A stretch of 64,000 nucleotides of DNA from Marsupella aquatica (GCA_973895155.1 OZ316899.1:1697573-1761572); one strand, 5' to 3'; positions 1 to 13,824 are shown, counted from the first letter of the stretch. Program-made: numbers and translations. Notes: a model not told the origin generated them from the sequence alone.

Positions 1-3000
1 TCTCGTGCATGTCAGAGACTACGAAAAAAATATATGGAGTTGCAATCCGCACCGAGACAGTCTGAGGAGGAGTTGAACTTTCTGAGAGATAAAGTGAGAA
101 TACTTAAGACTACTATTGTAGATGAATGCTCACTGGATGAACTGACAGAGTTTCTGCAATGGGAGGACATGCTTCACGTAGCTGAAGTTGAGACGGCGCA
201 CCAGGCCAGACGGTTAGCCAGAACTCGGTGGCTGGGAGAAGGGGAGGAATCAACTAAATTTTACTTTGCCACAGTCAAGGCTAAAAGAGAGAGAGAAGCT
301 ATGAGGATGCTAGTAAAGGAGGATGGATCGGTACTTACAGATTTCAAGGACATCATTGGGGAAGTAGAGCAGCAATGTGAGGCGCTTTACTCTCCTCGGC
401 AACCATCTGAGGAGGAGCTACTAGAAAGCAGGTGCAATAGGGATAAGCTATTGCGGAGTACTAAATCAACATTCACGGCGGCAGAGATACACAAGATGGA
501 GGCACTTCCTACGATCTCCGAGGTGCTGTGGCTTCTCCCGGAGGACAAGGCCCCTGGGACGGATGGGCTCACGGCTGAGGTTTACAGAGCCTGTTGGGAG
601 TTCATGAAGGATGATATGGTGGCAATGATACAGGATTTCTGGCTCACAGGCGAGTTGGCTGCTGAGATCAAGGATGGCCTGATAAAGCTGATACCAAAAA
701 AACCTGATAAAAGATACTTGAAGGACTGGCGCCCTCTGACGATGCTTAACACTAGCTACAAAATCCTGGCCAAAGTGATCGCTCTACGAATTAAGCACCT
801 GCTATGTAACCTGATCAGTCCTCAGCAGACCGGGTTTATCCCGGGTAGACATATCTTAGAGAATATTTCGCTTGCTTGGCTTACAAGTGACTGGGTTCAG
901 AATTGCAGGAAGGGAGCATTATTCCTAAAACTTGACTTTGAGAAAGCATTCGACAGGGTTAACCACGAGTATCTCTGGGAGTCTATGTTGCTGCTGGGAT
1001 TTAGTGGTAGGATTGTGAACATAGTTAAAGCCTTGTTCTCTAATGCCAGCTCTCGAGTACTAGTCAATGGCTTTCTTAGCAAATATTTTTTGATGTGCCG
1101 GGGGGTGAGGCAGGGATGTCCTCTCTCCCCTCTTCTATTTGTGATTTCTACCCAACCTCTCATGGATTTCTTGGATGTTGAGCTTGCGGCTGGTCGACTT
1201 GCTGGTATCCAGGTTTCAGATGTGCTTACAGTGTGCTACAGATTGTTTGCTGATGATGTGGGGATGTTCATCCCTGCAACAGAGGAAGCGTTTAGGGATG
1301 CTACTACGGCTTTGTCATGTTATGAAAGTGCATCTGGTGCTAGGCTGAACTTACGAAAATCTGTTATCATCCCACTTGCTTTGGACCTAATTCCAGACTG
1401 GCTCAAGGCTACAGGCTGCAAGATTAGTGAGCAAGGTGAAGTGCAGAAGTATCTGGGTGCTCCATTTGGTATTGGACTCTCAGTGGGTAATTTACATCGC
1501 TTCTCCCTGGATAAGGTTGCTGCACGCTTGTCCTCTTGGTCAAATAAATTGCTGTCCTTCACAGGTCGGACGTTGCTGGTGAAACATGTGCTCATGGCAA
1601 TACCAATATATCACGTAATGTATATGAAGGCCTCGAAGGGCTGGCAAAGAAACTGATTGCGCTGTGCAGGGATTTTCTATGGGGTTATAATCCTGCGGGC
1701 GGGAAGAAGATTCCGCTGGTGGCATGGGACAAGATGGCTCGCCCTAAGGTGGATGGCGGACTAGGGTTTCGTGACTTTAGAAGTCACTCTGATGCGTTAC
1801 TTACTCAGTGGTTTATGAAGGCCTTGGACTATCCCAACACGGAATGGGCTGGCATGCTTGCTGATAATCTGAGTCTTATTGGATGGCTGAATTTCAGGGT
1901 GATTAGGCGAAATCACTACACATTTGCAGATAAGCTGCTTTTATGTACTCCAAGATCTTGCTGCGGGCTGACATACACTTGGGAAATCTGGAAGGCCTGG
2001 GAGGCTTTGAGAGCAAATCTTTCCTTTGTCCCAGGGACTGCGGGCTTTCCTGGGAGATGGAGTATACAGGACGCATTACGCTGTACACAGGGCTTTAATA
2101 CTTGGCCTTCGGCACACACAGAGTTCACTGTGGAAATCTGTGGGAGGCTTGGGATACGGGTGATTGCTGACTGCTGGAATGCTGAGGCGCACCAATGGAA
2201 GGACTTTTCTGGCAGATGGTGTTTGCTTCGAGGGTGGGCGCTGGCTCACAGGGACAGATGCCATCAGTTTCTACTTGTGATTGGCAGGGGACGCTGCTGC
2301 AATGGTGGGCTGGTGCCGGGTGCTCGTTGTTGGCGTTGGCTTGAGATGGGGGTTCCACTGAAGAGGTTCACAATTCCTAACAAACACGCGTACCAACTTC
2401 TAAGACCTAAGGGCTCGGACTACCAAAGATGGAACAGAATTTGGCTCACCAACTGGACGGAGGAGGTATGGGGTAAGAGATGGCGCGCTCTGTGGGGTTC
2501 GGACCTGTCCACTAGAGGAAAAACCTTTCTATGGCGAATCATTGCTGGTGGCCTGTTTACGGGAGCAAGGGCCCTTACTATTGGTGCAAGTGATGGTATC
2601 TGTCGGCTATGCCCTGGGAGGCTTGAAAGTATTCCTCATCTGTTCGTCCAATGTGTGCATGCTGCTGAGTGCTGGAGACTATGCTGTGACTGCTGCCTGG
2701 GAGTTATGTTTGCACCTGGGCAGGATCTTCTGGACAAGGTGGTGGCCTCATTTGGTCGCAGTCCATTGAGGGTGGCTCGTCTATTCCTACTGTTTCAAAT
2801 TGTGTGGATGATTTGGCTGGGACATAACACACAGATGTTCAAGGAACTTGGGCGCAGATCCTTTGATGTAAGATTGGTTCTTTCTGAGACGGTTTCGCAC
2901 CTGCATGGGGCCTCTCTACGCTTCCCGTCAGGCAGTAAACACATTCGGCTTCTTAGGGCTAAAGAATTAATTGAAATGGAACGGAGGCGCTGGTTGGTGC

Positions 3001-3029
3001 GTAGAGATGGACATGTGACTTCGGGCTGA
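1..3029 (+). pseudogene. LINE ORF2 (reverse transcriptase + zf-RVT) with one frameshift near 1640
   Basis: Frame 1 stops at 1656; the frame of the 1719 ORF reads LAKKLIALCRDFLWGYNPAGGKKIPLVAWDKM from 1641, the normal LINE continuation. Confidence 0.88.
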
Positions 3030-3426
3030 TGATGCTTAGAGTAGGTTAGGCTCTTTGATTGGTGCTGTGGCTCTGGTGGGCTTGGGTTGGGCTCAACTGT
3101 GCGGCTCTGTTTTTTGCTTTTGAGGCTTGCCCTTGTGTTATGGCTTCAGGCCTTTAGGTTGCTCATGGATCTGGCTCTCGCTGTTGTTGACTGGCTGGCT
3201 GGGGTTGGGCTCTTTACCGGGGCCGTATATGATGTCTGGGCGAGCCCTGTTTTAGGGGTGCCCTGCTGGCCTCCTGTGGGCGTTGTCCTTTTGTGCGTGC
3301 TTGTGCTGTTTGCTTCCCCCGCCGTGGGGTTTTCACGGGTTATTTCTATAAAAGTTTGAAAAAATTTCCAAAGGAAGTTAGGGTGTAACCTCATTAAAAC
3401 CCCCCTCCTTTCTTGTGGGGGAAAAA
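1..3426 (+). mobile_element. LINE (L1-type non-LTR retrotransposon), 5' part runs off the window; GT-rich 3' UTR ending in a CCCCC..GGGGG stem and a short A run
   Basis: RT motifs (WRPLTMLN, KLDFEKAFDRV, GVRQGCPLSPLLF, LFADD, YLG) in 34..1656; KVDGGLGFRD and zf-RVT-like CRLC..ESIPHLF..C in 1719..3029; frame 1 is open back to base 1. Confidence 0.93.
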
Positions 3427-3976
3427 GAGTGTTACCACCCTGTCCTTATATGTCCTGGAATCAGCGTTTATAGAGTAATTGGGTGTTAATCATGTCTGGG
3501 TTAATGTTATAAGTCGTAGGTGGTCGATAATGTAAGGGGTGAGTTGGTAAAGTAAAGCAGGGGTGAAGAGGGATTAGGTTTCCCGCCGTGTTTGTGGGAA
3601 AATGTCGTGTGATGAGGGAAGTCATGGTGGGTCAATTGGTTTCGGTGGTGATGAAATGTCGATGAGTGCTCATTCTTGTAGTCGAGTAGATCAGGTGCGA
3701 TTGGTGTTTGTTGTCGACTTGGAGTTATTTGTCGTTGCGTTCATGCTGGTGGGAGGTCATCCTTTTCGATCGGCAGTTTGATGTCGTGGTCCAGTTTGGA
3801 TCTTCCTGCTCGATGTTCGGCTGTTCGAAGTGTTTCTGCTCGAGCTGTGGTCACTTCGCCAGGTAAGTTGGTGCTCCCCCTGAAGCCGGACGAGTTTGTT
3901 GTTGTCTCTGTCAGGGGACCTGTGGAAGTTCAACCAAAATCTTGTTTTTTCTCGTCTCAGTCGGAGGAGTTTTGCC

Positions 3977-6900
3977 TCATTCCCTATCCTGTACAAGTTT
4001 GGAGAGGCTACGCATTCCAATTGATTTGATTAGTGCTGTGTGGGTAACTGGAGGTAGGGACTTGGTGAATAGGTCCGCGCTATTCTCAGGGTCGGGGATC
4101 CATTTCACATCAATTGTATTGCCCAGTTGTTCGTGTGCAAAAAAGAACTTAGGAGCTATGTGCTTCGTCTTATCTCCTTTAATGAATCCGGCTGATATTT
4201 GTTCTACGCATGGTCAATTATCTTCATAGATTATCGTAGGCGAATTGAGTTTAGGCATACCTATGGTCTCTTGAATGTAATCAATGACGTTTCATAACCA
4301 GACACATTCCTTGCTCGCTTCATAAAGAGCAATAATCTCTGAGTGGTTCAAAGAGGTAGTAGTCAGAGTTTGTTTCGTGCTGTGCCAAGAGATTGTTGTG
4401 GGTCCGATGCGGAACATATATCCGGTCTGTGATTTGGCATTTGTCGGGTCAGACTAATAGCCCGCGTCTGCATATCCTTTGAGTGTTAGGTCCATGGTGG
4501 TGGGATAAAATAATCCGAGGTCGATTGTCCCACTCAGGTAGCGCAGTATTCGTTTGAGTCTGTTCCAGTGCCTAATCGTAGGCTACGAGCTATGGCGGGA
4601 CAGCAGGTTGACAGCAAAAGCGATATCTGGGCGAGTCTGGGAAGCTAAGAAAAGTAGTGCCCCTATAATGGACAAGTATGGTTTGTCGGGGCCAAGAAGT
4701 GGCTCCTGTTCGGTTCTTTTCCGAAATATGTCTTTCTCTTTATCCAGTGAACGTAGGTCCATTGGTGATTTCACTGATTTTACTGTATGCATATTGAATT
4801 GTTTCAGCATCCTGCGGGTATAAGTTGATTGGTGGAGGAATACTCCACTCATAAGGTGTTCGAACTGCAGTCCGAGGCAGATTGCAGTTCTGCCTAGATC
4901 TCTGGTTTCAAATACCCTATTCAGCTATTTAATTGTGTCATGTAGGATCTTTTCTGTGCCAAATAGGTTTAGATCGTCCACGTAGATGGCCACAATGATT
5001 ATTTCATGTCCTTCATGTTTAATGAATAGGCACGGGGTGATGTCTGATGTCTTGAAACCCATGGCCAACATCTCATGTTTGAAATGTTTATACCAGGTGC
5101 GTCCACTCTGCTTCAGGCCATACATGGATCGGAGGACCTGGACAGCGAAACGAGTTCTTGCATGAAGTGATTTCTCGTTCAGTTTGGGCTTAGTAGAAGC
5201 TCGCCATCCTATTGCTTTTGCAGTGTTGTATAACACTGTTTTGTTTGTGTGGCCAAAAGGGCCTTCGCTCATAGTGTTTGTGTCTGGATGCCCCTTCTCC
5301 CCCTCAATGTGGTAGTTTACTCTGGTTATAAGTTCAGGAGGGGCTTCCATATAGATCGTAGTATCAAGGTGACCGTATAGGTAAGCGGTCACTATGTCTA
5401 GTTGATGCATTATAAGTTTATGGTGTATGGCGAATGCTATTAGGTATCTGTACGTTATCACGTCCATGACCGGTGAGTAAGTTTGGTCATAGTCTCTGCC
5501 TGGGATTTGTGTGAATCCTCTGGCTACTAATCTGGCTTTGTATCTCACAATCGCTCCCTCAACATTCCTCTTTTTGATGAATGTCCATTTGTAGCCCGTG
5601 AGGTGAACTTCCGGCGGAGCTGGTTTAATTGGGCCGAACACTTGCCGTGAGATCAAGGAGTCGAGTTCAGAGTTGATTGCAGTTTGCCATTCTGGCCAGG
5701 CTTTTTGCTGGCGTGCTTCATTGATGGTCATGGGATCAGGTAAGTCCGCTATTATCGCTTGTGAGATTTGGTATGCAAATATGCTATCCAATAATACTTT
5801 AGATCTGTCCCAGATGTTGCCAGTGTGATTATAGTTAATTGCTATCTCTTCGTTTTCTGTTGGTGTAGGTATAGCAGGTACCGTGGGTGCTGATGTCGCT
5901 TGTGTATTTGGCGGGACCCTTCTCTGGCGTGGTTGTTTGTCTCCGGCTCCTATGGGTCGTCCTCTATTCTTCCTCGGTTTAGCAGTCGTAGCAGCTTGTT
6001 GTTCCATTTCGATTCTGGAGGGGGCATTGGTAGCAGGTACGTGGGACCTGGTGATCTGTGCTACATCAGCAAACGCATCAGGTAATTGTTCCATGATTCT
6101 AGTGAGGTGGAGTATTTGCTGGACCTCAGTATCGGTTTGTGCAGTTCTTGGGTCGTTCCATAATTGCGAATTAATTTGCCATGCTAGGTCTTTAGTTGAG
6201 GCGTTAGTCTTATTCTCTCCTGTACTCAAGCTTGGGAATGTATCCTCATAAAAGTGGCAGTCCACAAATCTTGCTTTGTATACATCTGCGGTGGTAGGTT
6301 CCAAGTATCGTATGATTGATGCTGAGTCGTATCCGATGTAAATTCCCTTTTGTCTTTGAGGTCCTAGCTTGGTCCGCTTGGGTCCCATTATCGGGACCAG
6401 AACCTGGCATCCGAATGTTCGGAGGTGTGCTAGGTTTGGCATGGTACCAAATGCTAGTTTGTGTGGGGAGCTCGAGTTGAAGGCCGATGGGCGATATCTT
6501 AGTAATGCTGCTGCATGTAGGATGGCATGGCCCCAGGCTGTTGATGGTAAATTTGTTTGCATGAGTAGTGGTCTTGCTATAGATTGCAGTCGTTTAATCA
6601 AGGATTCAGCTATTCCATTTTGAAAATGGACATAGGCGACTGGGTATTCCACCTCTATGCCCGCTGCTACGCAGAAGTCATCGAATGTCTTCGATGTAAA
6701 TTCTCCCGCATTGTCCACTCTGATTATTTTGATGGGATGGTCAGGGAACTGGGATTTCAGACGTAGGATATGTGCTAATAGGCGTGGGAAGACCAAGTTT
6801 TGTGTGGAGAGGAGGGAAACCTGGAACCACTTGGATGATGCGTCAATTGTTGCAAGGAAGAATCAGAAGGGGCCATTGGGGGGGTCTATAGGGCCACAGA

Positions 6901-7805
6901 CGTCCGCATGGATTTGCTCAAGAAATTGGGGTATGCACTTGTTAGTTGTGGAGGGTGATGGTCGGAGTGTAAGTTTGCCTTGTGAGCAGGCTAAACAGGG
7001 GGATTTCAATGAAGTGGGGTGCACCGTATGTGGAATGCCCTGTGTATCTTTAATAATTTTGTGGAAAGTCTGTGTGCCAGGGTGACCCAATCGGCGGTGC
7101 CATATCTCAGTGAGGGTCTGTCGGGGGCTATCTGTGTAGAAGGTATGTATTCTAACAGCATAAAATCCCAGTGGGAAAGCTATGAGGGTTTCTTTGATCT
7201 CCATGCCCCGTGAGGTCTGGGCTAGAATGTGTAGCACCTCTTGAGTTTCGTATATGCTGGTGTGAATGTGCAGGCCATTCTCACAAATGTCCTTGAAACT
7301 CAGGAGATTTCGTGTGGCCCTCGGGGCGTAAATGGCCGTCTTGATATGGATAATTGTGCCTTTGGGTAGCATTAGTTTTGTTGGGCCATTCCCCTCTTCC
7401 AACTGGTGGTGTCCCATGATTGTTGTCACTCTTCTTTGGGATGGGATTATGTATCTAAAGTAAGCTTTGGTCCTTAAGATCGAGTGAGAGGTTCCACTAT
7501 CTAGTATGCAGCAGTTTGGGTCGTCCAAAGCTTTAGACATCTCGGATTGAAAAGCAAGGTGCAATTCAAGTAATATTTCTGGGGTTTCTAAAAATGCTCC
7601 ATGTGTTTCATATGCTAAGCTGTTTTGATCTTTCTGGTATAATGCAACAAGGTGTGTTGGGGCTCGACATGCTTTCTTAATATGTCCTTTAGTCCCACAT
7701 CTGTGACAAGTTTGCGGGTTCTCGGACTTATCTGGATGTAGTTCTTGCAAGTCTAGGTATTCCGAAATCTGCCTGGTTGTGATCTCCTTTGGCTTGGGGG
7801 TTTGT
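3977..7805 (-). pseudogene. Copia gag C-terminus/pol: zinc knuckle, protease, GAG-pre-integrase, integrase, RT, RNase H; six in-frame stops, no frameshift found
   Basis: CHRCGTKGHIKKAC; ILDSGTSHSIL; WHRRLGHPG; HADVCGP; RVDNAGEF; YKARLVARGFTQ; YVDD; ADLFTKSL. ORFs 6863..7750, 4925..6796 and 4583..4852 share one frame, which ends at TGA 3977-3979. Confidence 0.93.
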
Positions 7806-8649
7806 ATGGTGCGAGGAAACAGGAGAAATTGACAGCGAGGTTAATGTTTGCTAGCGAGGTAAAACTAATGGTCAGAGTGGCAGATTGGGAGGATAGTGAG
7901 GTTTCTACAATAGAAATGAATCTTTTTTCCAGAATGGGATCATTCCATTCTATGTCCAGCGAGGTCGCTAGCCTTCAATCATTGACAAACCATATGAATA
8001 TACACAAGTGAAACACCAGGCGGATATGAAAATGCATAGTGAATCAATGAACTCAGATATCAACCCGTTTTATAAGTCATGTTTCCAAAAAATGTACTGC
8101 CTCCAATATTTTGTCAAAACTGACAGTAAGTTTGAGTAAACATTGCAGAGCTATCCTTTGATTCCCTAGAAAATCATAAGTCACTTGAATGACTTTCATC
8201 TGACTCTATATCATTCCTACTACTAGTATTGCTCTGGTCACTACTAAAATCCCGATCAGTTGACTCAGCAGACTCATCAACATATTGCTTAACAAAGCAT
8301 GCCTCATCGTCAACAAAAGGCAAGCAATACAAATTTTGTTTGGCTCCACGATGTGACCTACGACCTTTGCCTTCCCAAGTGACCACAAAAGCATTATCCG
8401 CCTGAATTGCCAATTTCTCTGCATAGCAAGGCAGAGTAAATGTCCTCTGAGGGGAAACAATCGAAGATTCTTCAACCTTCCTTCAAAGCCAAAATCTCTC
8501 TTCAGAAAACCAGTCGACACGAGTATCTTTGAAATCAGGAACAAAATCACAGCAATATGAATGACAGATCCAATCAAAAGACAATAGCAAGCTTCACCAA
8601 CCAATTGATTAAAGCAAGGGGATCTGGTATAAGCAAGAGGATCAGTACA

Positions 8650-11600
8650 TTACTCCAGGTCAAATTCATCATCGCCATCCTTTGCATCAGGAACATTAGG
8701 AGCTCCATCTTTGTTTTTTGCACTCTTTGATCCTGCAAGAGAAAATTCATCATCTGAATCGAGGTCCTCCAATGTTTCAGTGAGGTCTTCAATTTTCTTG
8801 TGTCTCTCAAGAACACTCTTCAATGCCTTCTCCGCAGCACCATGGAGAACATCCCTATCCTCGACCCCAACAACAAACCTCCCAGAGAGTTCTCCAGCTG
8901 AAAAAGAACTACCGTCTCCAACATTCCAATCGAGCACAATGTCTCTAGGCTTTGTGAGAAGCTCCATAATAGCCTGCATGAATCCAACAGATAATCAACA
9001 AGAACCAGAGAAAGCTAACTCTGCCCTGGTATCCCTTTTTGGATAACAAAGACTCAACATCATCTTATGTGATGCATCTTCAGACGTTGCCAGAGGGACA
9101 TACTTGGGGTCCTTTGGGATCTTCCCATTGAATTCAACTCGGCAAAAGACATCCAGGCTTAAGTTGCAAACCTGGAAAAAACCAAAAAAAACGTCAATTC
9201 ATGAATCCAGGAAGGCCAGCGAGATCGTTGTCAAAACAGCATACTAAATCCTATGAAATTCAGTCAAATCTCACCTCAATGTTCCTCTGTTCAACAGCAG
9301 CAAAAATTTGCTTGTGTGGTTAAATTCTCCACTGTGGAGAACGGCCACATACCCATCATCACTCAACATTGGCCTCATCACTCCAAAGAAATAGTAAGGG
9401 AGCTTCTCAACCCAGACATTCCATTGGGGAACTTCCACATCAGTAACACGAGGCCTCAGCCCAGTCGGAAGAGCTATGAACCCCAGATGGGCACCGGTCC
9501 CAGTGTAAGGCTTCCCGTTTATTTTTAAGGGATTCGGGTGTTCAGAAGAACTAGAAATATCTGAAAGCCATTGATCCCCCTCCCCCATCCAAGCAGGTCG
9601 AACCTTCTTCATACTTATCGAGTCAGCCGTCAAACAAAGATTACTCTTTGCAAGGACATGTCTTCTTCCATCCAACTGGAGTCCACAGAGCCTCGCGACA
9701 CCCTCTCGGATTGACACTTCTTCCTCATTAGAATCTGACAACACTTGAACCTTTCTCTTCTTCTTCAACCTCTGGGACCCTGACTTATCACCTCCCGGTT
9801 TAGTCACAAGTTCAAAATCGGGTGACTCAGGCTCCACATGATCCTCCGGACGACCATTATTCACAGTCTGAACACTCTCGGAACCTGAAGACTTCCTCCG
9901 TTCTAGATACAAAAAGAAACCTAAGAGCCTTAGGATATGTCATAAACTTAATGAGAAGAGCAGCTTGGGAGAGATAAGAGAAGAGAGCTTGGGAGCAATA
10001 AGAGTATATACTTACTTTTCTTTCCAGAAAGCATAGAGCCATCTCTTGATACCTCTTTGGCAGCGTCTCTCTTCAATTTCCAAGGGCGGCTCCTATCCAC
10101 ACTCGGTGCCACCCCGAGGCATGCCTGCTCCATCGACACACACCCAGCAAGTTCTACTTCCGGGTTGCACAATTTAGATTCACTAATAAAAAATTCTGGG
10201 ACCAAGCCACGATTGATCTTTTGAAGCGCAGCTTTCTCTGTGACATCAAATGTCAGTGACCAATTCTCCGAATCTAAATACCAGGGACAATGCAGCACCT
10301 CCCATTCACTTATCTTCCGCAAGGGTTCAATGTCCTCAATAGGGTACATCGAGTACTCCCCAAACTTCTCACAACTGGAATCATCTCTTGCATATTGAGC
10401 CCATTGAGAGAAACATGCCGGGTAACACCACCAAAACGATCTATTTGCCACCTCACGATCCACAAAAAACCTATAAACATACCTTTTTGCCCTCCGACGG
10501 AAAGAAACAATGTCAATCTTTTCCCCAACTTTTGGGGTCCAAATGCTCTTGAAGAACCTTACCTTAACCCGCTGCAGGAAATCTTCTAATTCATCATCAA
10601 TTTCAGCAAGGAGGGATGCCTGACTATTCTCCGGGGAAGAAAGAATTCTAGATTCAGGGACAGTGAGAATTATCTCAGATATTGCTTCACTTAGTAAGCA
10701 CCTCGCAATGGACTCTACCTGTTCCCATGTTGCCCATCGATGCAACCAGAGCTTGGTCTCACTATCCAAAAATTGAGATGGATGAAAATATTGTTTACGC
10801 AACTCTGGTCTGCACTGTGCTTCGAGAAGAGTGCAACAGAGTTGTGGACTCAAAGAAGTTACCCCGGTGAAAAGCCTTGCACGATCAAGGCCACACGAAA
10901 CATTCCCTCTCCCCTTATCATCCGTCCGCTGAGCTTCCTTCCTTTCTTTCTCACAATAATTATGCATCTCAACACATTTCTTGAAGAAATCCCCAAAGTC
11001 TGGATTCAGGAGCGGGGCAAACTTTGGAACTTTGACATTCCAGTCGGAGAGTTGCTCCTTCATCATATCTCGAACTGCAATGTCTTTTGCAGCTTTCGAC
11101 AGAGGTTCGCCCAATTCCTCCTTCAGTGCACACTTCTTTAACAAGTCAGCAGTTTGCGAAGCTATATTTGCAACAGAAAGAATATAAATGCATGCATCTA
11201 AGGTCATATGCTTCGAATACCATGACGGCTTCTTTACGTTTTGCATCTTCTGCTGAAATAACTTGAAATTTTCCGGATCAATTAAATCCTTGTAAACTGA
11301 AAGGTCCGTGCTCAGGATCTTCTGGACCCGATTAGCTTCCAGCACCCATGAATTCTCGACATGGCATTGTGTCAACCTGACAATGAGTATATATTTCAGC
11401 AATCGGCAAGAACAAATTGTGCCCGAAAATGAAGCAAAAAGATCAAATGTGTCCAGGCTCTTCTCACCGGTTGAGAGCATGCATCGCAGATTCAATCTGC
11501 ACGAAAGTATCCTTCTCTCCTTTGAAAATCTTCGAGACAACTCGAGGATGATACTTCACATCGTGAGGATTCTCAACAGCAAGTAGGTTCCACGAATAGA

Positions 11601-12168
11601 GACGGTGATTGCCATCGAATACACTAAACATCTTATCCTTGAGCACAGCAAAATCAGGATGCGAATCACACTCCCTCTCAAAAGCTTCATTCTGCGCCAA
11701 CCACATTGGATCCCAGCTCTGTCTGATTGTGTCATTCAGAAACTGCACGTCCCCATTCTCATTTGTCATTTGCACATAGAAACGAGGCGCGTCCTCAATG
11801 TACCCTTGAGCTCGGAACTCGCTCTTAAGAGTCTCTATCGCATTCAAATATGTCTGCAGAGACCTTACGAGCTGCATGTTCTGCATTCGACATAGTGGAA
11901 TTCTTGGGGGAACAAGAGGATACCCAAATTCGTCTGGCCCAAACTGGTAAAGGTGACGGTTAATTACAACTGAGAAAGGCTCGGACTTGGTAGAATCCAT
12001 CAAAGGTGGCACAATATCCATTGGATCAACAAGCTTTCGCCTCCTTGGAGTCTTCAGCCCCGAAGCAAGTGCTTTGTGGCTTGTAGAACTTCTGGTCTCC
12101 TGATGTTGAGAGGCAGCTGATTGTGAGGCAACGGATGAAATAGACTCAGGAGATGCAAAAGTTGCCAT
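8650..12168 (-). pseudogene. Spliced ~1070-codon gene: ParB/Srx-like N-terminal domain, long central region, beta-class N4C/N6A DNA methyltransferase-like C-terminus; one frameshift (~9315) and one TGA (8995-8997)
   Basis: Inferred exons 12168-11468, 11376-10016, 9902-9275, 9171-8650 with GT-AG introns (first two phase-consistent). FSVFDGNHRL motif. ELLTKPRDIVLDWNVGDGSSFSAGELSGRFVVGVE resembles the N6_N4_Mtase C-terminal block. LGFIALPTG...MRPMLSDDGYVAVLH resembles its N-terminal block. Confidence 0.72.
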
Positions 12169-13824
12169 CGACTGATAAGGAGAAGAGAACCACACGAAGG
12201 GAAGACAAGGAATTGGTACGGTGAATGCAAAGGAATCCAAAGTCACATGTGTTGGGAATCCAAAGTAAGAATTCAGGGGAATCCAAAGTAACCCATACTA
12301 CAGTGTACTTGACAGTGACAGGGAATATCAGTATTTAACACCTTGATGTGAAAGATCCATCAACAAGATCTCAACTCTGTTAATCCCACCAGCACTAACG
12401 TTAACGAAGCTCCAGTTAACGTTAACTTGGAGTCTAGTTAGTATTTACCAACAACTCGGTCGGATGAAATGTACATTCAACTTCAACGGGTTGGAGACAA
12501 TTAATCTCTAGGTGACCAACTTGGGTTGGGTGTCCGTTGAAACTAACCATTCTCCAAAAAAATATATATGCCGATGGAATAAATAAACCAAAGTATTTAT
12601 GAAATGTACTCTTTCAAATCAAGTTAACCCTTCCAACGGTAATATAATTTTGAATCTTTGGTGCATGTAGATGCACTTGGTCACCATTTGGAACGAGTCT
12701 GGATCTTTTTAATGGAAAAATGGACAAACCCCATACGTTGTTTAAGCCCAGTATTTAGACAGTTTTTTGCCAGCGACATCGCTGGCCAAATCACTGTAAA
12801 CCCTAAACCCTTAATATGATGTTTGTCCATTTAAAATGAGCTCTTAATGCTTTCTGAAAATCTTTAATACTCTACAGAATCTTTGAAACTGTTAACCCCC
12901 TCTACTAAAAGCTCTCGGTTTAACTACTATGTTATGACATTTAGGAAATATATTAGGTTTTGGATTCCTGAATTGACCCCCAAACAGAAATAAAAGTATA
13001 TGAAAATTTCTGCGGGTTCAGGCTAGCGGTATCGCTGGCCTTATTGAAGTTTTATGAATGGTTTAATTACGGGACATCTCAGATTCCTCTCTTCTGTTTA
13101 TATCATGTTGTTGGTGAACATGATGTTTTCAAATATCAAAAATATAGATCTTAAACACTGAAAACTTACCTTAATTATGTCTAGCGAGGTCGCTAGCAAA
13201 ACTATTTTTGAACACAAAGCTCCAAGTTCATTTAGCGTCCTAGTACACCCCAACTATACCCCAAGTTCAGGAAATGTGCTAGTATATCCCTCACCATACT
13301 TCTTGTAAAAATAAAATAGGCCATTTAATTAAAGAGTAAACACTAAAATTCTGGTTCATAAGCACCTCATTATTCGAGAAAATTTAGGCTAGCGATATCG
13401 CTGGCAATAATTCTTTCTTGAAGGTATTATAGCCGTTGAGGTTTTGTCGTATCTGCAACATTAAACTGACGTTCCATTATTCTATATTCATCCATGATGT
13501 TTGTGTCCGAGTATTATTCTATATATTCATCCATGATGTTTGTGTTTGGATCCTTGTCTTGGTTCTCTTTTGATGGCTCCGAGCGTCATTTTCTGGCGTC
13601 GAAGCACTGGAGACATTGTTACTCTTGAAGTTTCATGTATGAGAAAGATCACCAATGTGACCGAGGCCTTTCTTTTGACAAGATTTGGGCTCAATAACTG
13701 TGATTTCATTTCGAGGTTGTTCTTTCTTGTTTCACTTCATGGATCTAGGAAGGATGAATTCATTTCAAGAACTCTACATGGTGCAAGAGTTTAGGAGGTT
13801 GCTTCCGGAGATGTTGTTGAGGTT

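Noticed and set aside
387-2769. Antisense and off-frame ORFs overlapping the LINE ORF2 (likewise over other TE genes)
   Set aside because: Shadow ORFs of the real coding frame
3087-3394. Hydrophobic ORFs 3087..3359 and 3146..3394
   Set aside because: GT-rich LINE 3' UTR; compositional artefact
3430-3976. 3' LTR/PPT of the copia element
   Set aside because: No copy of the 131-bp LTR found; probably beyond the LINE, outside the window
8174-8604. ORFs 8174..8413 and 8206..8604 as an extra gene
   Set aside because: They lie downstream of the accessory gene's stop with no recognisable motif; may be 3' UTR
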